DNA from: the human T2T-CHM13v2.0 reference genome, Homo sapiens
Reading direction: 5' to 3' (one strand)
DNA length: 64,000 nucleotides
Assembly: GCF_009914755.1 (NCBI RefSeq)
Contig: NC_060943.1
Part shown: positions 62,196 to 64,000 of the stretch, piece by piece
Numbering within the stretch: the stretch's first letter is position 1
Layout of the letters: each line of letters starts with the position of its first letter
Notes under the pieces: generated by a model
The model's database searches: none
Seen by the model: the letters and a program-made list of their open reading frames with translations, nothing else
What the model was told of the DNA's origin: nothing
Program-made: the position numbers and the translations under genes

Positions 62196-62849
62196 TGATC
62201 CTTCCATCTCAGCCTCCCAAAGTGCTGGGATTACAGGCGTGAGCCAAGATGTGTACTTCTATATAACTGAAATAGTTCCTTGAACATTTGATAAAGTTTT
62301 CCTTAGAAAGAAACTGGATTTGGTGCTTCATTAGTAATAGTTAACTGATCACATGCTAATTTTTCCCTGTTCTCTGTGTTTATGAGAGTCTTTGAAGAGT
62401 CCTAATTTTCTTGGAGTCAATATTGATGTATATTTTCTTTAAAAACCATTTTGTTTAAATTTTCAAACATATTAGAAAAAAGCATAATATTCAACAGAAC
62501 CTTTTAAATCTGTAACTATGTTTCTATCTCTGTCCATTTTTTAAATATGATGCTGTTTCTCTTTTCATACTTTTTTTCCTCATTAGTGCACCAATATTTT
62601 GCTTATGTTCTCTTTTCTTTTTTACTGGGTATATAATGCGACAAAAAGAGTATTAGTCGGAATAAAGTCCTTCACACACATTATTCACAGTACTTTCCCC
62701 CCCAACACCTAGGATTATTTCATGTTCAATAGTAAGTACATGATGATGGGAAATTTTCTTAACTTGTTACCTTCAAAGGGTCTTTCTTCAGTCAAACACC
62801 CTGCCTAATGGTGACTAAGTTCTGCAGAAGTTAAAAAGCCTTTCTACAA

Positions 62850-63015
62850 ATAATAATACTGATGATGATGAATATAATAACGATGACTAACATTCAGTGA
62901 GTATGTATTTATCATGTCAGGCACAATTCTAAGCACTTTATCGATCTTAATTCATTTAATCCTCACAAAGCATTATGAGGTAGGTATTATAATTATCCCC
63001 CATTTTATAATTTTT
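62850..63015 (-). mobile_element. MIR
   Basis: Core sequence tcatttaatcctcacaa...tgaggtaggtattataattatcccccatttta. Confidence 0.75.
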
Positions 63016-63918
63016 ACTGAGACACGCATGTATATATGAACAGAAAAATGATCAGCAATAAATAATGAACTGATAAAGACTATCCTTTGGGATATGGTCA
63101 AAGGGTACATTTGCCTTTTTGTAATGTTTGCATCTTTTATAAGGAAAATATATTCACACATTACTTCTGCAATTAAAAGATATGATACAAAGATGTGCTT
63201 AGGGAGAATGTCCAGCAGGGACTTGTATTTTGGCATGTATTATGGCAAAATATCTAGAGGAGACTACGATATCCACCAATAGGATTTCATAAGTGATATT
63301 ACAGTAACACAACAAAACACCATGAAGATAATGAAGAATCTCTATTGAGTAAAATGTCGTTCATGAACATTTTTACAATAAGAAAGCCTTAATGTTATAA
63401 AGAACAAAAAGAATAAGCCATCTTCAAAAATAAAGAGGTCACTTCTCCCAGGTACTAAAGGTATTTTTAAAATAGTATACAAATCAGGATGTAAACAGAT
63501 GAAATTTATAGCCATATAAATTTAATATGGATTAAAATACTAAGAATGTAACAATTAGAGAAATTAGGGGAAAAAATGACAATCACAGGACTACATTTCT
63601 ACAAAAATTCTCTGACGTTAAGAAGGTTAGAAAGGTGTTAAAAGTGCTGTCATTTTCAGTATGACAGACTGAATTATCTATCATATTGCTAGACTGAATT
63701 ATCTGATGTCAAGAGAAGTAAGCGTTTAGTTAAGGGCTTCCAAAGTATATTCTATTCATAGAGTATTTCTCCAACATTATTTTTCCCAGGCTGAATAAGC
63801 TGTAGTCCACAAATAAAATGTTTCTACATTATTCTATCTAGAGGAATTATTAACAAGATAAATTCTGTTTTGAGCCATAATTAAAAGCCTCCCTACACAT
63901 TTCATATATTCTGTTTCA

Positions 63919-63999
63919 TCACCAGTACAAATTTTGATGCTGAATAAGTTGTGGGTCATAATTAAAGTTCTTTCCACATTCCCTATATTCATAGGGTTT
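63919..63999 (-). CDS. ZNF566: C-terminal end of ZNF566 CDS (partial; the gene continues beyond the window)
   Basis: Minus strand from 63999 reads KPYEYRECGKNFNYDPQLIQHQNLYW* with TGA at 63919-63921. It is a degenerate last finger and matches the ZNF566 C-terminus as I recall it. It is too short for the ORF track. Confidence 0.85.
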   Translation of the reverse strand, partial: KPYEYRECGKNFNYDPQLIQHQNLYW

Positions 64000-64000
64000 C

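Overview
Human-type (primate) genomic DNA from a KRAB zinc-finger gene cluster. From memory of the protein sequences I recognise it as the ZFP82 / ACOT4 retro-pseudogene / ZNF566 interval on chr19q13. The window contains the complete minus-strand ZFP82 (ZNF545) gene: a CpG-island non-coding exon 1, an ATG exon, KRAB-A and KRAB-B exons and a 13-finger terminal exon. The spliced CDS is 1599 nt = 532 aa. About 2.6 kb upstream on the + strand is a full-length processed ACOT4 pseudogene. The last 26 codons and the long 3' UTR of ZNF566 enter from the right edge. The rest is dominated by transposable elements: about 70 Alu copies or fragments by rough manual count (one a young AluYa5), a two-LTR MaLR (MST) element, MER74/MER51/MER4/MER65/THE1/MLT1-type LTRs, L1, L2 and MIR fragments, and nested DNA transposons. 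Almost all ORFs in the supplied track are Alu or GC-rich artefacts. I found no evidence for a new biological system. The items most worth following up are (1) a decayed C2H2 zinc-finger gene relic on the + strand (~38.2-39.4 kb), missed by the ORF track, head-to-head with ZFP82 and split by a MER51 LTR; (2) the ACOT4 retrocopy, which sits in an Alu-monomer A-tail and has kept its CpG island; (3) that MER51 LTR, which points toward ZFP82 with intact promoter motifs but a degenerate poly(A) signal; (4) a candidate LTR-donated poly(A) site for ZFP82. Repeat subfamily names come from recalled consensus sequences and were not checked by search.
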